IMG/VR virus record: IMGVR_UViG_3300008625_000009
Reading direction: 5' to 3' (one strand)
Length of the DNA: 64,000 bases
Origin: an uncultured virus (IMG/VR IMGVR_UViG_3300008625_000009)
Lineage: Duplodnaviria > Heunggongvirae > Uroviricota > Caudoviricetes
Shown: positions 1 to 14,400 of the stretch, piece after piece
Numbering within the stretch: position 1 is the first letter of the stretch
Layout: each line of letters begins with the position of its first letter
The notes under the pieces: generated by a model
Told to the model about the DNA's origin: nothing
Databases searched by the model: none
Seen by the model: only the letters and a program-made list of their open reading frames with translations
Position numbers and translations under genes: made by a program

Positions 1-25
1 GAGAATATATAGTTATATATATACT

Positions 26-33
26 TATTTATA
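26..33 (-). promoter_or_regulatory. T4-type late promoter TATAAATA for a gene beyond the left edge
   Basis: Exact TATAAATA on the minus strand just past the stop of 45..1586; a gp55-type sigma factor is encoded in the window. Confidence 0.6.
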
Positions 34-44
34 TCGTTTGTAAC

Positions 45-1586
45 TTAGACTGCTCGAACAATACAAAGAACTAACTTTTCATCTTCATCAGAATTGCTTT
101 CAAGGGCCCTTCCAATAACGTTAAATGCAGTCATTTCTTTTCTTGTTGCCTTTCTAGCAGTTCCGTTGCCAGCGGCCACAATCCTGTCACCTTTTGCAAT
201 AGAACCAGTAATTTTAACTGCAACTCTGCCTGCTAATGCTATTTGAACACCATCTTCTTGATCACTATTCATCAAGTACGCCGGATATGAACTTACAACG
301 CCCAATACATCTTCAGATGCGCTTGTTTCACACATTGTAACTTCACATTCGCCACCAATTTGAACAACAGTACCTGCATCGTAGTCATAGTCTGCTACAA
401 ACTTTTCTGCCAAGTCAGCGTATTGTGCTGATGTTGCTAGACCGGTTAAGGTTCCACAATGAATATTGGCATAACTATCAATTGTTACATCACCTGATGT
501 ACTACCTGTTTCTGCTGTAACGACAGCCGCCCATTCAGTACCTGATCGATCCCAAATAAATCCAACATTTGAAGTAGATCCTCTTTCTACTATTAAGCCT
601 GCGTCCGGATGCGGGCCCGCGCCTGTTACGTTCTTAGAAAGAACAATTAACGGATCTTCTACCAACAAGTTGTTAGTATTAATTGTTGTAGTAGTTCCAC
701 CAACTGATAAATCGCCCGCGATTGTTACAGCGGTTGTTGAACCATCAACAGTAATAGCGTTTGTTGGAGTACCGCCTTGATTAACATTAATGTATACATT
801 ACCATTACTTGTATTGTTCTTAAGTGATACATCATCACCTGCTACTGTTGCGCTAAAATCAGAATCAACACCAACTACTATACCATTGTCATTTAAAATA
901 CTAATTGATCCTGATGTAGATTCATTAGTATCTGAACGCATGTAGCTAGCGGCCGCAACACTTCCTAATTTATCTGAGTTTGTTGCGGTTCCGTGCCATT
1001 TAGCACCTGCTACTGTTGTACTTAAATTGTATCCTGGTTCAACTGTTGCAAAACCAGAAATAGCAACGTTTGGTGTAAAGGACGTATCTTTAGATATAAT
1101 AGAAACTCTTGAATTTCCTACATACATTGTAATTACAGTATGATCAACTGCCAATGTATCAGTAATTGTTTCTATAACGGGTCCCGTTTTAACACCACCT
1201 GCATACAATGGACCAACAAGAATCCATGAACCACCGTCGTATGCAAATAGTTGATCATTTACTGTATCAAACCACAATTCACCTTCTGAAGGACCGGATG
1301 GTGCTGATGCCCTAATTGTTATTCCACCTGCACCTTTCCAATTTGATCCAGTGTAAACATTCAATAACGTATTGGCAGTGTCCCACCAAAGTTGACCCGC
1401 CACCGGTGAACTTGGTGCTGAAGTATTTGCAAAATTTTCTAGCATAAAGACAAAATTTTCATTTTGAATCTCGCCATATCCAGCATAATTCTTACCAATA
1501 AGCGTCAGGTCGGTTGTTGTATCCAGCGTTGAGTCTGCAACCGTAGTTAAGACTGAACCGTCTGTTTTATTAACTGTATATGCCAC
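45..1586 (-). CDS. Tail/baseplate fibre protein with C-terminal peptidase-G2-like autocleaving chaperone domain
   Basis: T/G/S-rich beta-strand content; APSxPxxG-LWxD repeats; C-terminal SAQYADLAE..GTVV..GG..EVT module also found in 51874..56832; GTG start with GGAG RBS. Confidence 0.7.
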   Translation of the reverse strand: MAYTVNKTDGSVLTTVADSTLDTTTDLTLIGKNYAGYGEIQNENFVFMLENFANTSAPSSPVAGQLWWDTANTLLNVYTGSNWKGAGGITIRASAPSGPSEGELWFDTVNDQLFAYDGGSWILVGPLYAGGVKTGPVIETITDTLAVDHTVITMYVGNSRVSIISKDTSFTPNVAISGFATVEPGYNLSTTVAGAKWHGTATNSDKLGSVAAASYMRSDTNESTSGSISILNDNGIVVGVDSDFSATVAGDDVSLKNNTSNGNVYINVNQGGTPTNAITVDGSTTAVTIAGDLSVGGTTTTINTNNLLVEDPLIVLSKNVTGAGPHPDAGLIVERGSTSNVGFIWDRSGTEWAAVVTAETGSTSGDVTIDSYANIHCGTLTGLATSAQYADLAEKFVADYDYDAGTVVQIGGECEVTMCETSASEDVLGVVSSYPAYLMNSDQEDGVQIALAGRVAVKITGSIAKGDRIVAAGNGTARKATRKEMTAFNVIGRALESNSDEDEKLVLCIVRAV

Positions 1587-1662
1587 TTTTATTTCTCCAT
1601 GTATAATCGATTATGTGTTTGCCGCGGCTATTATTGCCGTAATTGATTTGGCATTACATATA

Positions 1663-1678
1663 TAATATGCTACTATTA
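1663..1678. promoter_or_regulatory. 16-bp quasi-palindromic motif TAATATGCTACTATTA
   Basis: Identical 16-mer at 21048..21063; related copies at 26729, 34497 and 51607. Confidence 0.6.
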
Positions 1679-1695
1679 TTTATATTCTATTTATA
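1677..1695 (-). promoter_or_regulatory. Two tandem late promoters TATAAATA
   Basis: TATAAATA on the minus strand at 1677..1684 and 1688..1695, upstream of the fibre gene. Confidence 0.65.
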
Positions 1696-1739
1696 GTAAT
1701 GTGGAATAATAGAGCAGAAAAAGTAGTTTTTTAGGGCCC

Positions 1740-2405
1740 TTATGTAGCAGAACTTAGGTTTGTAAGCGTTTGAATACGTATTGTGTAGTCAATTTGAATC
1801 AAACGGTTTAATGACTTCTGTACAGGGTGGAAAACTACGTGTGTAAGCAAATTGCCTTCACCAATTGTGCCTTCCCAACTCTTTAAGCCTAGTTCGTCAA
1901 ATACATATGTACCGTCTAGTGAAGCGGAGTTATCAAATGCTTCTTGACCTGCAGGTTCACCGTAATCTAACAAACATGTAACTAGGATATCAGAATAAAC
2001 TGTGCCAGCAGTATGGCCCACTGTCATTTTGTTACGAATTGGATCTGGATTAGAACTACTTGTATCATCAATAACTTTGTAGTAGGTTTTGTTATATAAA
2101 TCTGCAGAACTACCTGAGTTATTTGCAGGCAAGTAAGTGATAATACCAGTAGTTGATACTGAAGTACCGCCGTTGCCAAAATGCATTTCGTGAATAAATC
2201 CTGTTGTTTTATTAGCAACACTTTTCGCTAATGCCAAAGAAAAGTTTTCATAATGAATAGCGTTACGCTTATCTACAAAAACTTCATCTGTTTCAGGATC
2301 AAAGATTTTAATGTGGCCTTCGATATGCACATTAGGAATTTCATTAGGTTGTTTCACTTCCATATCTTTTTGTTCTTCACTGTTGTTGATTTGTTCGTTT
2401 TCCAT
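1740..2405 (-). CDS. Virion structural (baseplate-associated) protein
   Basis: 221-aa ORF within the baseplate operon; FDELGL..LLTHVVFHPVQKS motif resembles phage baseplate/fibre-attachment proteins. Confidence 0.5.
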   Translation of the reverse strand: MENEQINNSEEQKDMEVKQPNEIPNVHIEGHIKIFDPETDEVFVDKRNAIHYENFSLALAKSVANKTTGFIHEMHFGNGGTSVSTTGIITYLPANNSGSSADLYNKTYYKVIDDTSSSNPDPIRNKMTVGHTAGTVYSDILVTCLLDYGEPAGQEAFDNSASLDGTYVFDELGLKSWEGTIGEGNLLTHVVFHPVQKSLNRLIQIDYTIRIQTLTNLSSAT

Positions 2406-2422
2406 CTTGTATATTTATCCTA

Positions 2423-5400
2423 TTAATATGCCTTTGGAATAGTTAACGGCCCTTCTTTTAAGAATTTTACTTGTTGTGTGGTTGCCATTCCCAACCCTAA
2501 TCCATTTGTTGCTGTGCTTGTTCCTTGGTCATACCATACCTTTGTATGTGAGTCTGACCCGCCCGGAACAATTTGTTGCTTACTGCTATCTACTACTTCT
2601 GTACCTGACGCATGTGTAGTAACAACACCTGTGCCCCATGTACCTCTGCGAATTCTTTTTAGTTTGTTGCTATCAATTTCCCAATACTCAATACGTTCAC
2701 CACCAATGAATATAACACCTGGTATGCCATCACTTGGATTAGGCGTTAATAATTTAGAAGCGTCTGTTACATGAATTTCTAAATCAGTATATTCAAGTGT
2801 ATCAGCAAGCGTAGTAATATTGTCTGTTGCAATTCTATAATAAGCAATTTGGTCGAACATATCTTTCCAAATTCTAAATCCAATGCTTTGTTCTTGTTCT
2901 GCTTCAGCACCGCGCATAGTCGATACTGTAATTTTATCTGTCGCTAGAATTACTCCAGTGCGAGGAGTCATAACTAAATAACCATCATCTGTAATATAAT
3001 AATCATGGTTAGCAATCTGATAAACGCCATTTAACCATACCCAAGCATAGTTGGTATTATATTCTTCTTGTAATAATCTAATATCATAAACCGGCGTAGC
3101 AATGCTAACACTTACATCGCCTGCGTATCCGGAAGTATCATAAATTATAGCGTCAAATCTTTCTAATGAAGTAGATGTTGCTATTGACGAACCTTCAATA
3201 GTTATGGTTTTCCCTTGGCTATACGTTTGGTTAGCAAATGATTGTACAAACACCTTGTCTCCATTAACTGCACCGGCATCCGTTGACAATCCACTACCAT
3301 TTTCTAATATAACCTGTTGATTGTTTGCAATCCAATATTTTCCGTTTCTAACTGTAATGGCAACTTCTGCACCATCTGCAGGAGCCGTTACGAATGTTAC
3401 TTCTGCGCGAGAAGGGGTTCCTGTAAACGTATAATCTGATGTGAGTGTTTTTAATTCACCAGCAACATGCACTTGTATATCTGCATCTGTGGCTGAAGCA
3501 TAATTAACCGTTGGATTAGTTGGACTTGCATATACTGTTGTTGTGCCATCACCGGTGTAGTATTCTGTATCGGGCGGAATTAAACGTGTGCCATTTAGAT
3601 AAACAAATGCTTTGGCCATATCTGGGCCCTGTTCCTCAAATAAACTCGGATAAGTAATAGTATAATCACTTGGCCATGATGGTGAGCCTGGCAATGAAAG
3701 TGTAAATTCCTCCGAGTCAATTCTAATATATGGAGATGGTACAGCAATTTTATCATCATATACTTGCGCGGTTGCTGTTGCTGTGACTCCTGAAGCAGGA
3801 GGAGCAATAGTAACTGTTGGTGCTGTCGTATATCCTGTTCCTAAGTTTGTAATAATAAAGCCTTCTACTTCGCCATTATCATTAACTATAGCATCGGCGG
3901 CCGCGTTTGATCCTACTCCCGTAATAGTCACAGTTGGTGGACTTGCTTTACTATATCCTGATCCTGGGTTAACCAATGTTAATCCAGACATATTAAACGT
4001 ATGCACTCTTATTCTACTATTAGCGCCGGGCGCGGATGAAAATGTAACTTTTGTCTTTTTGTAATAACTAGATGCTGTATATGTAGCATCCCCACCGTTG
4101 ACTGTTACATACAAATTTTGTGCATATTGATAAGGAATATTAACAATAAATTGAGTTGTTGACCCGTCACCTGTAAAGTCTTGTTTAAAGGCGCTAATAT
4201 TTTCGCCACCTGTTTCAACAAGAACAACGTGTACTAATTGCCCCGGGTTTGCAGGAGTGTTCAAGTTAACTGTGTTTATCTCATAATTTAATGTAAAATC
4301 AGTACCACGTATTTTTAAAACATTATCAATATACACTTCTGCACCATAGTCTGTTGTAGGCAATCCACCTACACTACTGAAATCATAACTAGTAGTTGAA
4401 CCGTTACCATAGTAAGTATATTTTTTAACCGTTACTCCCGAATTCCTAGGTGAAGGCATTTCATATACTTTCATATCTAATGTATCAAACATTCTGCCAG
4501 GAATCTGTTCTTCCGGAGCGTGTGATGTATATACGGTTACAAAGCCATCGCCATCTACTACAACATTAGCAGGATCAATACCTCCTGATGTACTAAAATC
4601 ACCACCACTTAAATCAGTGTCGACACTTGCTATAACTCTAATACCTTCTTCTGTTACAGCATAATCATCAAAAGCGTTTTTAGCATACGCCGCTCTGTCA
4701 TAACCGGGTTCTAAACTAAATTCTGCACCTAACACTTTATTTGCTTTGTATTCTAAACCAGATTCTGAAATAATTGATTCATAATTGGGCAAATCTATTA
4801 ATTCATTTTTCCAATTCTTATTACTATTTGTGCCTGTTTGCCCGCCTGCATAATAAAGAGTTAATCTATCACTATGTTTTTTACTTGTTAATTCATGATC
4901 AGGCTCTAATCTATTATAAGATGAATACGTAACTGTTGCTGTTGCTGTAGCACTACTACCACCTCCTCCACTAATAACAACGGTAGGAGCCGTTTGATAT
5001 CCTTTACCCTGCTCAGTTACTGTAATACTTGTTACTGCTCCCCCTGAGATGGATGCTATAGCCTGTGCTCCGTTACCCCCCAATCCTGTGTTTATTGCTG
5101 ATGCATGTGCCTTTTTTGTTGGATTAGGATCTGCAGGACTATTTTTAATAAATTGTACAAATGGTTTATTAATATATCCACTGCCTTGTTCTGTTATAGT
5201 AACAGAAGCAATTGAACCATCTACATCTAGTGTTAATGATGCGGTTGCTTGTGTACCATTTAACTCATCTGGCGCAGAAATAAGCACTTTTGGCGCTACT
5301 GTATATCCTAAACCTTTTTCAGTTATCGTGATAGTATCAACGACGCCGGCCAATGATATATTTGGTATAGAAGTATACCCGGAACCACCGTCAGTTACTG

Positions 5401-8400
5401 CAACTGTTTCTACATGTCGAGGGCCATCAACACGGTCAAACTTAATTGTTTCTAAAATATCTCTCACTTTAAAGTTTTCTAGATTAGCATATGCTATAGC
5501 GCCAGTACCTGCACCACCTTCTATTATTACTTTTGGTGTAGTTACATATCCTGTACCACCGTTGGTAACTGTAATAGACGCTACTGAATCTAAACCAGGT
5601 GTGGTCATTACAGGAACAGCGGTTGCGCCTGAACCATCTCTATGTGTTCCATCTTCTAGTGCAGAGAATCTAAAGACCCCTCTTGTGGCGTTACTTGCAT
5701 CTGTTTGTGTAAAGGTATATGTTGAACCTCTATACAATATTAAATTAGGACGCTCTACACCATCAATATAAAAATCTGGATTGCCTTCGCCATCAACTAC
5801 TACAGTAACAGCAAATGTTTTTGATTCTGGAGTATTTAATGCTGGTTTTATTCTCACTTTCCAACCCATGTCTTTTATGTCACTACTATAATACCATAGC
5901 GTATCTGGACTATGTTCTGGAACCACAAGAACTGCTTGTGCGCCTGCTTCGCCTGGGTCGGTGTCGCTAGTATAACTATAGCCAAGTTCCCATTGTGCTC
6001 CGCTTTCAATAAAGACAACCGGAGGCGTTGTTGATACGGCTGCCCCATCATATTTTGTGGTATCATATGCAGATTCTGCATATTCATCAATATCACTATT
6101 ACCATAACCACTGCCACCTTCAGTAACTGTAATAGATTCTACGTGTTTTGTATAATGGTTAAACCAGTTAACCCATGGCCCTGTTTGCATACGCTGATCA
6201 TCATCTGCCTCGTATACATTTGGTGAGCGGAATATCTGTTGTGTCTCGTCCCAATAACCTGGTAAATCAAAATCTGTTACTGCATTGTGAGATATTTCAA
6301 GATATGGATATCTATAGATATATTCTCTTAAATTTGTTCTATATGGCTTTGCTTCTTCAATGTAACTTTCTATACTATCCTGAACATCATAACTATAATT
6401 AACAATTTCAGAAAGTTCTCTTACTGTTTGATTTACTCCTACGAAACTAGTTTTAAACGCCCAATCGACCTGTAAATTTTGATCAACTAATGCATATTGG
6501 ACCAATTGAAACCAGATTTTATTAAAATGTTCTTCTAATGAATTAATAAACAAATCATCTTTTAATGCATCAATAATATATCTTATTTCTTCTAATGGCC
6601 CAGGTAAAGTATATAATTCTGTTTTTAAAGATATACTTGCGTTTTCTTCACCTATTAATTCGTAAGGGTTTGTTTTTTCATAAAGTTCCCAACGACCTTG
6701 CCCATTGTCAAGAACTTTGACAATATCACCCGTGCTGGTAGTTAATTTATCTAAATCATTTCTAGTGGCAACAGTATAATTAATAACAGTGTTAACACTA
6801 TATCCGGTCTTATACCAATCACTATAATCCCAATATTTAGATGTATCATATTTTTGTTTTTTATCAAAAGCCCAAAGTTGTGTAGCTGTTGACCAAGAGT
6901 ATTGTGTCCAATAATTACCTCTTGTTTCATCTTTTTTAACTACCACTGTATATCCATTAGAAATTGTTGCGGTGTTTATATAAGTTAATTCAGCATATGT
7001 TTCTACAACTTCATCAAAGCCATCTATTGGCAATGCTTCTGCAGTCTGTAGTTTACTTAAACTATATTCTATTGCCATTCTGTTTTCAACAAATACTGAA
7101 TTACTATAATTAACTAAGACTTTAATAGCATCGTTTTTGTTGACAAACATTGTTTGCCTTGGATAGTTTAAAATACCATATTTTGATCCTGGTTGTAATG
7201 TAGGATCCGGTACGGATCGATTTTTAGAATCAAGACCCACTAAACTATCTGCTAGTTTAGTTACTAGGTATTGGTTTGGTTTTGATAATTTATTATTCTT
7301 TTGCACCAATTGCCATTCAGTATGCAATGGTATATTATTTTTCTTAGTATCATAATTAATACTAAGTACAATGTTATCGTTAACCAAATTTTTATTTAGA
7401 TTATATCCAACAATAGCATTTTGATCTACTAATCCAATATATTTTAACCCATAACCTGCAGGATCTTTAATAATATTTGCTACTGTGTCAGCCGGAAGTT
7501 TTCTTGTTGCGGCCGGAATAAAACTATTCAACTCAATTTCTTTACCTCGCGATGTAAATCTAATTTGGCCAGCTGCATTCAAATATGTTCTAGGTATAGG
7601 CGGCACAGTAGTTTTATTAGCAACCCAATAATAGTATACTGGTTCTAATAGTCCAGTTGCTTCATCTTTTCTAACATATTCAACATATGCACTATCATCA
7701 ACAAATTTAGGATTCCCATCACCTAACAATGATACATAATTTGATGGTAACGTATCACTCTCAACCCATTCATAAATATTGATTTGTGTTCCTGGAAATA
7801 GCTTACCCCAATTATTTTTTCTATATTCCAGATCACCCTGCTCATAATCAACATATTTTGTATTTGTTAAATCCCACCACAATGTGCCAACTTCGTTTGG
7901 CCCCCAATGGTGTTTAGAATTAGTTGTCACTAGTAGGTTTGAAGCAGTATTATAAACAGCAGGATCATAAAACGTTTTGAAACTAATTTCTTGATCTGCT
8001 ATTCCTGGTATCTTTCCTTTAACAGGATCTAAAACTTCCACATACTCTATAAACTTATTATTTTTATGATCATATGTAAACACTTGGTTAATGTTATCAA
8101 TATCAATTTTATTAGTTTCTTGTCGTTTAATAGTCCAAGCGTCCTTGTCTCCCGTGTTTATTGCTTCTATAACTGACCCTGTATTAGATGTATACTTGTA
8201 AATTTTAATGGTGTATGCAACTGGAGCAGTATCAAATGTAATAGTACTGTTAGGTGAAGCGTTGTCACTAGTAAAGCCTGTTAGAATTTTTTTATTATTA
8301 ATAAAAATTTCAATTTTATCTGTACTATATTGACCGGTAATTGCAAACGCTGTAGTTACTCCATCGCCGGTCTTTTCTTCAATTTCAAAATAATCATCGC

Positions 8401-11400
8401 CAGGAGCACCTATAAAAGCTGTATTATTTGTTAGACCAATACCTGTGCCATATTTGTCATATTGTCTACGTTCTTTCCAATCTAATCGTTGCAATAGTGA
8501 ATACGACATATCACTATTAATATCATATATTAACGCAGATCCTGATTCTAATTGTTCATCACTTATAAGTGTATTTCCTTGGTCAAACGTTGTTAAAGAA
8601 TTGTCCATATTAAGATCAACAATTGAATTTGATACAGGACTACTAATTAAAATATTAGAGGCGTCTTCATTAAATTTAATTCGCTCACCATAAAATGCAT
8701 TCTGAAAACCATCAGGATGAACTAACGATGCTTTAAATTCATAAGGTGTAATTCCTAGTGCTGTAAACACTGCTACACCATTTGTATTACCTACTGTAAC
8801 AGCAAGTTTATTATTTGTAGTGGTGCTGGTGCTAGTAATTTTTAATTTATTATCTGATGTGCTTTCCGCAGTAACAAAATACATACCAGCATCATTAATA
8901 TCTTGCACTACATCGGCCAACGCAGTGCCTGTAAATGTAACTTGTGTTCCATTTATAACAATTTGATCGCCTATACTAACCGTTGGATTAGCCACAGTGC
9001 CGGTAAGTGTGCCGGACACTCTAGCATAATCAATAAAGTAATCTACTTCACCTGTGTTAACAGCAAGTTTAGCTGTTTCATTTATATATGCATAATCAGC
9101 GCCGGTAGCACCAACAGCAACAATATGCCCGAATGCGCCTGCTTCTACTTGTTTTCCAAAAAATTCAAGTTCAGATGTTACGCCACTGGTCAATTCTTGG
9201 ACTTCATTAAATGAATCATTCGGTGACTTTCCGTATACCTTAGTAGAACCTACTTGCAAGTTTCCGCTTTTCTCTATATTTGGTTGGCCAACAAATACGT
9301 ATGCGCCATCATCAGTTATAGCAACACTTCTACCAAAGTCTGTTCCGCTAACACCCGATAATGTTTGTATCAAATTATAGTAATTTCCCTTACGCATTTC
9401 TACATTGTTAGAACCAATTGGCGGGAATCCACTTATAAAAGTAATACTGCCAGGTGCTAATGTGTAATCCAAACCTTGAATTTTAATATGGCCATCCACA
9501 TAAACAGTGATTTCTTTATCGTCACCATATGATATTGTTGTAGCAAATGTAGGTGTGGCGCCTGTACCGTTAAAGAACTCACTAGAAGAAGTTATTCCTG
9601 TTACTAATTTGTAAACATAGGATTTTAATTCTCCCGGCGCACCAACTACTAGATATCCATTATTACTAATAGAAACATCATATCCAAAAAAGCCGCTAGT
9701 TGTAGGCGACGGTGATCGCAATACGTCAAACGCTTCATATGTTTTATCATCTTTTTGTTTTAAGATAATCGCATAGCCTTCTTTAGAATTACTACCTGGT
9801 GCAGAAGTAACTAAGTAATCATGTTCTTTCGTGTTGTCAAACTGCCACCCCAACAAACCACTGTTATAAAGTTTAGTGCCATCTACTATATTACTATCAA
9901 AAGTAAAGTTGGTAGGTGCAATATTAATTGTTTGTGTGTTACTTCCTCCTGGATCACTAGGCACTGTGTCTGTTTCTAAAACAGGTTGTTCTTTAAATGT
10001 AGGTCCTACGATATAAGGATATACAGGAGTTCCGTCTACTTTTATAGTTAAAAAGTATGCATAGGTGCCATCAGGATAATCAGGGGTTACACAATAACGA
10101 CCATTGTGTTTGTCTAAAGTTCCGACACCATCTAAATAATAATGATCTTCTATAAATGAACCAACAGGATAAACTGTATAATTGTATCCTCTTTCACTTA
10201 ACGGTGATGAGTGTGTACGATAAGAAGATGTCATACGTACAGGTGTTGTTGTAGAATTTCCAGGAGTTTGGTAACCGAATGGTCCATAAATTGGATAACC
10301 GTCGTATGCGTAGCCTATAATCTTAGAGTGTCCATCTGCATGTCTCCAATGGTCTCCGCTGTAATTCGTGTTATTATAATAATTATTTTCTGTATAGACT
10401 CCGCTATTCCATTGGCTTAAAAACTTACCACTATGGTAATGATACTCACCATCTTCTTGTGGGTGGCCGTCACTCGCGTCTAATCCCAAATTTGTTCTGT
10501 TTACTATCGCGTTCCATTTCCAATTGCCTGGTGCTACGCCTTTTGCTGGCCCTGTGTCGTTTGTCAAATTCCCGTCAATAATTGGACTTACAAAAGTTAC
10601 ACCATTGGCTGCAATGCCAATGCCGCCTAGACCAATTTCTTTTGGGGAGCTTGTAGTAGTATTTGTACCAACACGTATATTAAACGTATGTTCAAAAGTT
10701 TTACTATTAATTCTATTAGGATTAGCATCACTAGGAAATACACCAAATGGTGCAGGCTTAGGTAAACCATCTGTATTAATTGTTAATAAAAATCCTGATT
10801 CACTTAAATGTCCTGATGTTAGTGAGCCATCTCCACTTACAAAAATACTTGTTACATCAAAGACTGTTTTAATAGTTCTTGTCCATTGTTCAATATTACC
10901 GGCTGACGTGCCGTCATGTACAGATCCAACCAACAGCGTAGATGTATCCTTGTTGGTTGAGATAGCCTGACCAAATCCAGTATTAGCCGGCTTGCCGGTA
11001 GGATAAAGTTGTTCTCTCAACGTAAATGGATTCTTCTTTTCAAGTACTGCCCATTTTCCTGTATCGTTATAGTCATCAATCCAAGCCAAATCCCCATCTA
11101 ACCATCCATATCTAGGTCCGGCATCGCTATATAAATCACTAGAACTAGCATAACGAGAATTTGTTAATAATAAAATTTCACCGCGAGTCGGAGTCGGTGC
11201 TAAAGAATCTCCCAACCCGTTTAACGGTCCCACAGACGTGTTTGCGTGTAATTTTAAAGTATATGTTCTAGAAGAAAGTAAATTTTCTTTAACTTTATAA
11301 ACACCACTGAAGTCAATTGACTGGTCTGCTGTGTTATAAAATTTTCTTAGAATAATATAATCACCTTCAAGAATTTTTCCAATTGGGTATGTAAATGTGA

Positions 11401-14400
11401 CAGTTAATTCATTATTATTATCTTTAGCCACTGCTATAGGTGAATTATTTGCATTAGTAATCCTATACATTGCCCAATCTTTTGAATCTTCTTCAAATTG
11501 TGGCGGGTAACTATCAGCATTTGCTACCCAAATTTTGTCACCAATTTTTAAAGAATTTAAAAATTCTGTTTTTTCGGTAAGTTGTATTGATTCGCCTACA
11601 CCGGATACTACAAAATTCTTACCTTTATAACTAGACGGCGTAATCTGTGAACTACTAAAGAATACTACGGAACCATTATATAATTGTACAGAATCATTAG
11701 TTGTATAGCTTTTTCTTCCGAGTAGTTCTGTTTGTATATCGATAGATTCTGTTATTGTTATTATGTTAGATGAAACCCAATCAGAAAGTGTTAATACAGA
11801 GTGCTCGGAGTCATCAGTTCTTACATGGCCCGCTGTAGGCAATGTTAGTCTGTTACTAATATTATCTGTTTTATGTTTAAATATATTTTTGCTATAATAT
11901 AAAGGTTCTTGTGGTCGTTGATGCAAATCTTCAGGACGAACAGTGATGTGAATATCTTTATATTGCTCATCTGAGTTAATGAGTTCAATTAAATCAGGAC
12001 TTTCTTTAAATTTATTTTCTTCTAAATATAGATCAATTGTCTGTGTACTGTCTACTGAACCATATTCACCAATTCTAAATGCCCATTCTTCATATAAGTC
12101 AATTGTTGTATCTAAAGCAGGAACTTTTGCTCTTAATAGTTTATTAACTACAGAACTTGTACCTTTTTCTTTAAGAAAACCTTGGTAAAATTTCTTTTGC
12201 GCCGTGTCGTCAATTTGTAAGTTTTCTAAATATCTTCTACTTTGATATCCTATTAGATTAGTGGATAACTTGTCTAGACTAGACATTCTAGCATCTTCTT
12301 CAACTTCATAAAAGCTTCTAAATTGGTCTGCTTTAGTATCTAAGTTAGGCAGTAGTCCTGTTTCTACTTTATCTAAAAGTTTCCATTTGCTAAAATCAAA
12401 CTTACCCAATTCTGTTAGATCTGTAGGAGAATGACTTACGTTAGTGGCGTAAAATTTATTTTTAAATTTTATAATATCTCCTATCTGATAAGAATAATTA
12501 ACATTCCAAACTTCTACGCTATCGTCTAGTAATATATAACCCGGTAATTGCTGTGTACCATCCCACAATCTTGTTTTATATCCAACTAACTTAATTCTGT
12601 TCTGTCTACTGCCTGTTGTTAAATTCCAAATAACATCCTTGAATACTGTTTCATTTTCAAGAATTAATAAATGTTCTGTTTGTATTGGATTTAAAGTACA
12701 AGCAAATATGCCATCCACTTCTTCACTTGAACTTAGTTGGAACATGTTATCTTCTCTATAATAGAAAAGATCTTGTATTGCTATTCTTTGTTTATTTTGG
12801 TTAATGACAGAAGAAGGTAAAATATTACTTACTAAATTGCTAACTTGTGTTTGGTTTAAGTTAAATTTGAAAGTATTACTACCAGCACTCATTGTTATTA
12901 ATGACCCTGGACCAAAGTTGGCCTGAGTCCAGAATAAGAATTCCCTTGCTGAATTGTCCCAGTCTTCAATTTGGCCAAAATCATCGCTAACATTATCAAA
13001 TACTAGGCCAACAGATTCTAAATATCTTCCATAACTTATAATGAAATCATATACATCTTGTATAGTGTTATATTCTGTTTTATAAGGTACTTTTGTAGTG
13101 GTGCTTTGAAAATCATCATGATGAAGTACAGTGATTCCTCCTTGTGTAGGAACTGTTGGTGTACTAGTTAAATATTGTCTATCATCATCAAAATTATTTG
13201 TTGCTGTAAACTCAGCGTTAACAATATAGAAAGTATTTTGACCTACTTCCACAACTTGACCAATAGCATATTCTTTACCTAGTTCATATGGAATTGAATC
13301 AAGTTGTATTCCTCCAACAGATACCTGTCTTGTATTACCAGATGTAGTAATACTTTTTAATATATTAAAATAAGGAGTATCAACTGAATAACCGTCAATA
13401 ATGTATCCGGTGTGTGTTCTTTCAATTAACAAGCCTGAATAATTTATTTTTGCTAAGGGTTTGCCTTCAAGCAAGTATAAAGAATAATCTTCTTGTGGCA
13501 CAAAAATGTCATTAGAAGATCTAGTAGGTGAAATTTGTTCTAATATAATTTTTAATTTTTCTTTATCTGTGAATCCGGCTATCTTATAAGCCAAATTAAG
13601 ACTTAAAGTATTTAAATTTGTGTTAAGTTTTACAGTATCACTACTTAAATATTTTGCATGATCAACTAACCAGTTGCCATAACCAAGAGTATAATCAATT
13701 GATTTATCTGTATTAACAAACCCGTTTGTCTTTACGGAATTGGGAACAAGGAATAACCCTGTATCTTTGTCTACATAGTGCCCAACTAAATTTTTTGTTA
13801 CGTTAGATACATCATACATCAATTCAAAATATTTTGCAGGTTTAGTTAATGCAAATAGTTTTTGCACTGCAAAGGGATAACTACTAGATCTCTTCCACGC
13901 AGTTTCAGCCGGGCCATCGTCCCCCGCTTTCCAATCACTAGTGGTATCTGTATCAATTACACCTGTAAGGCCTATCTCACGTGGATTTAATAGCGCGCCT
14001 GATGAATCTACTGGAATATAATTTGCAACCATTCCGGTGCGTTTATATTTGTCATAAGTGCCGGCATCAGGACCACTTACAATTTTACCATCTTCTAAAT
14101 CTTGCCACAATATTAGGTTGTCTTTTGTATACGGTGCTGGCCCATACTCTTTCTCCCACCAACTCGGTTTCTCAAAAAAACCAAGCATTTCCCACGGATG
14201 AGAATGTGGGCGATCTGTATCATAAAAGTATTTGTAAATACCTCTCCAAGAACCTGGCAAAAATTCAGACGAGTTAAGTTTATTTTTTACTAAACTGTAA
14301 TTCCACGTATAAGGATTTGATGAGTCATAATGTGTATTATCAGTATAGTTAACATTATTGCGGTATGCCCACTGTGACAAAAACGCAGATGTAATAATAT

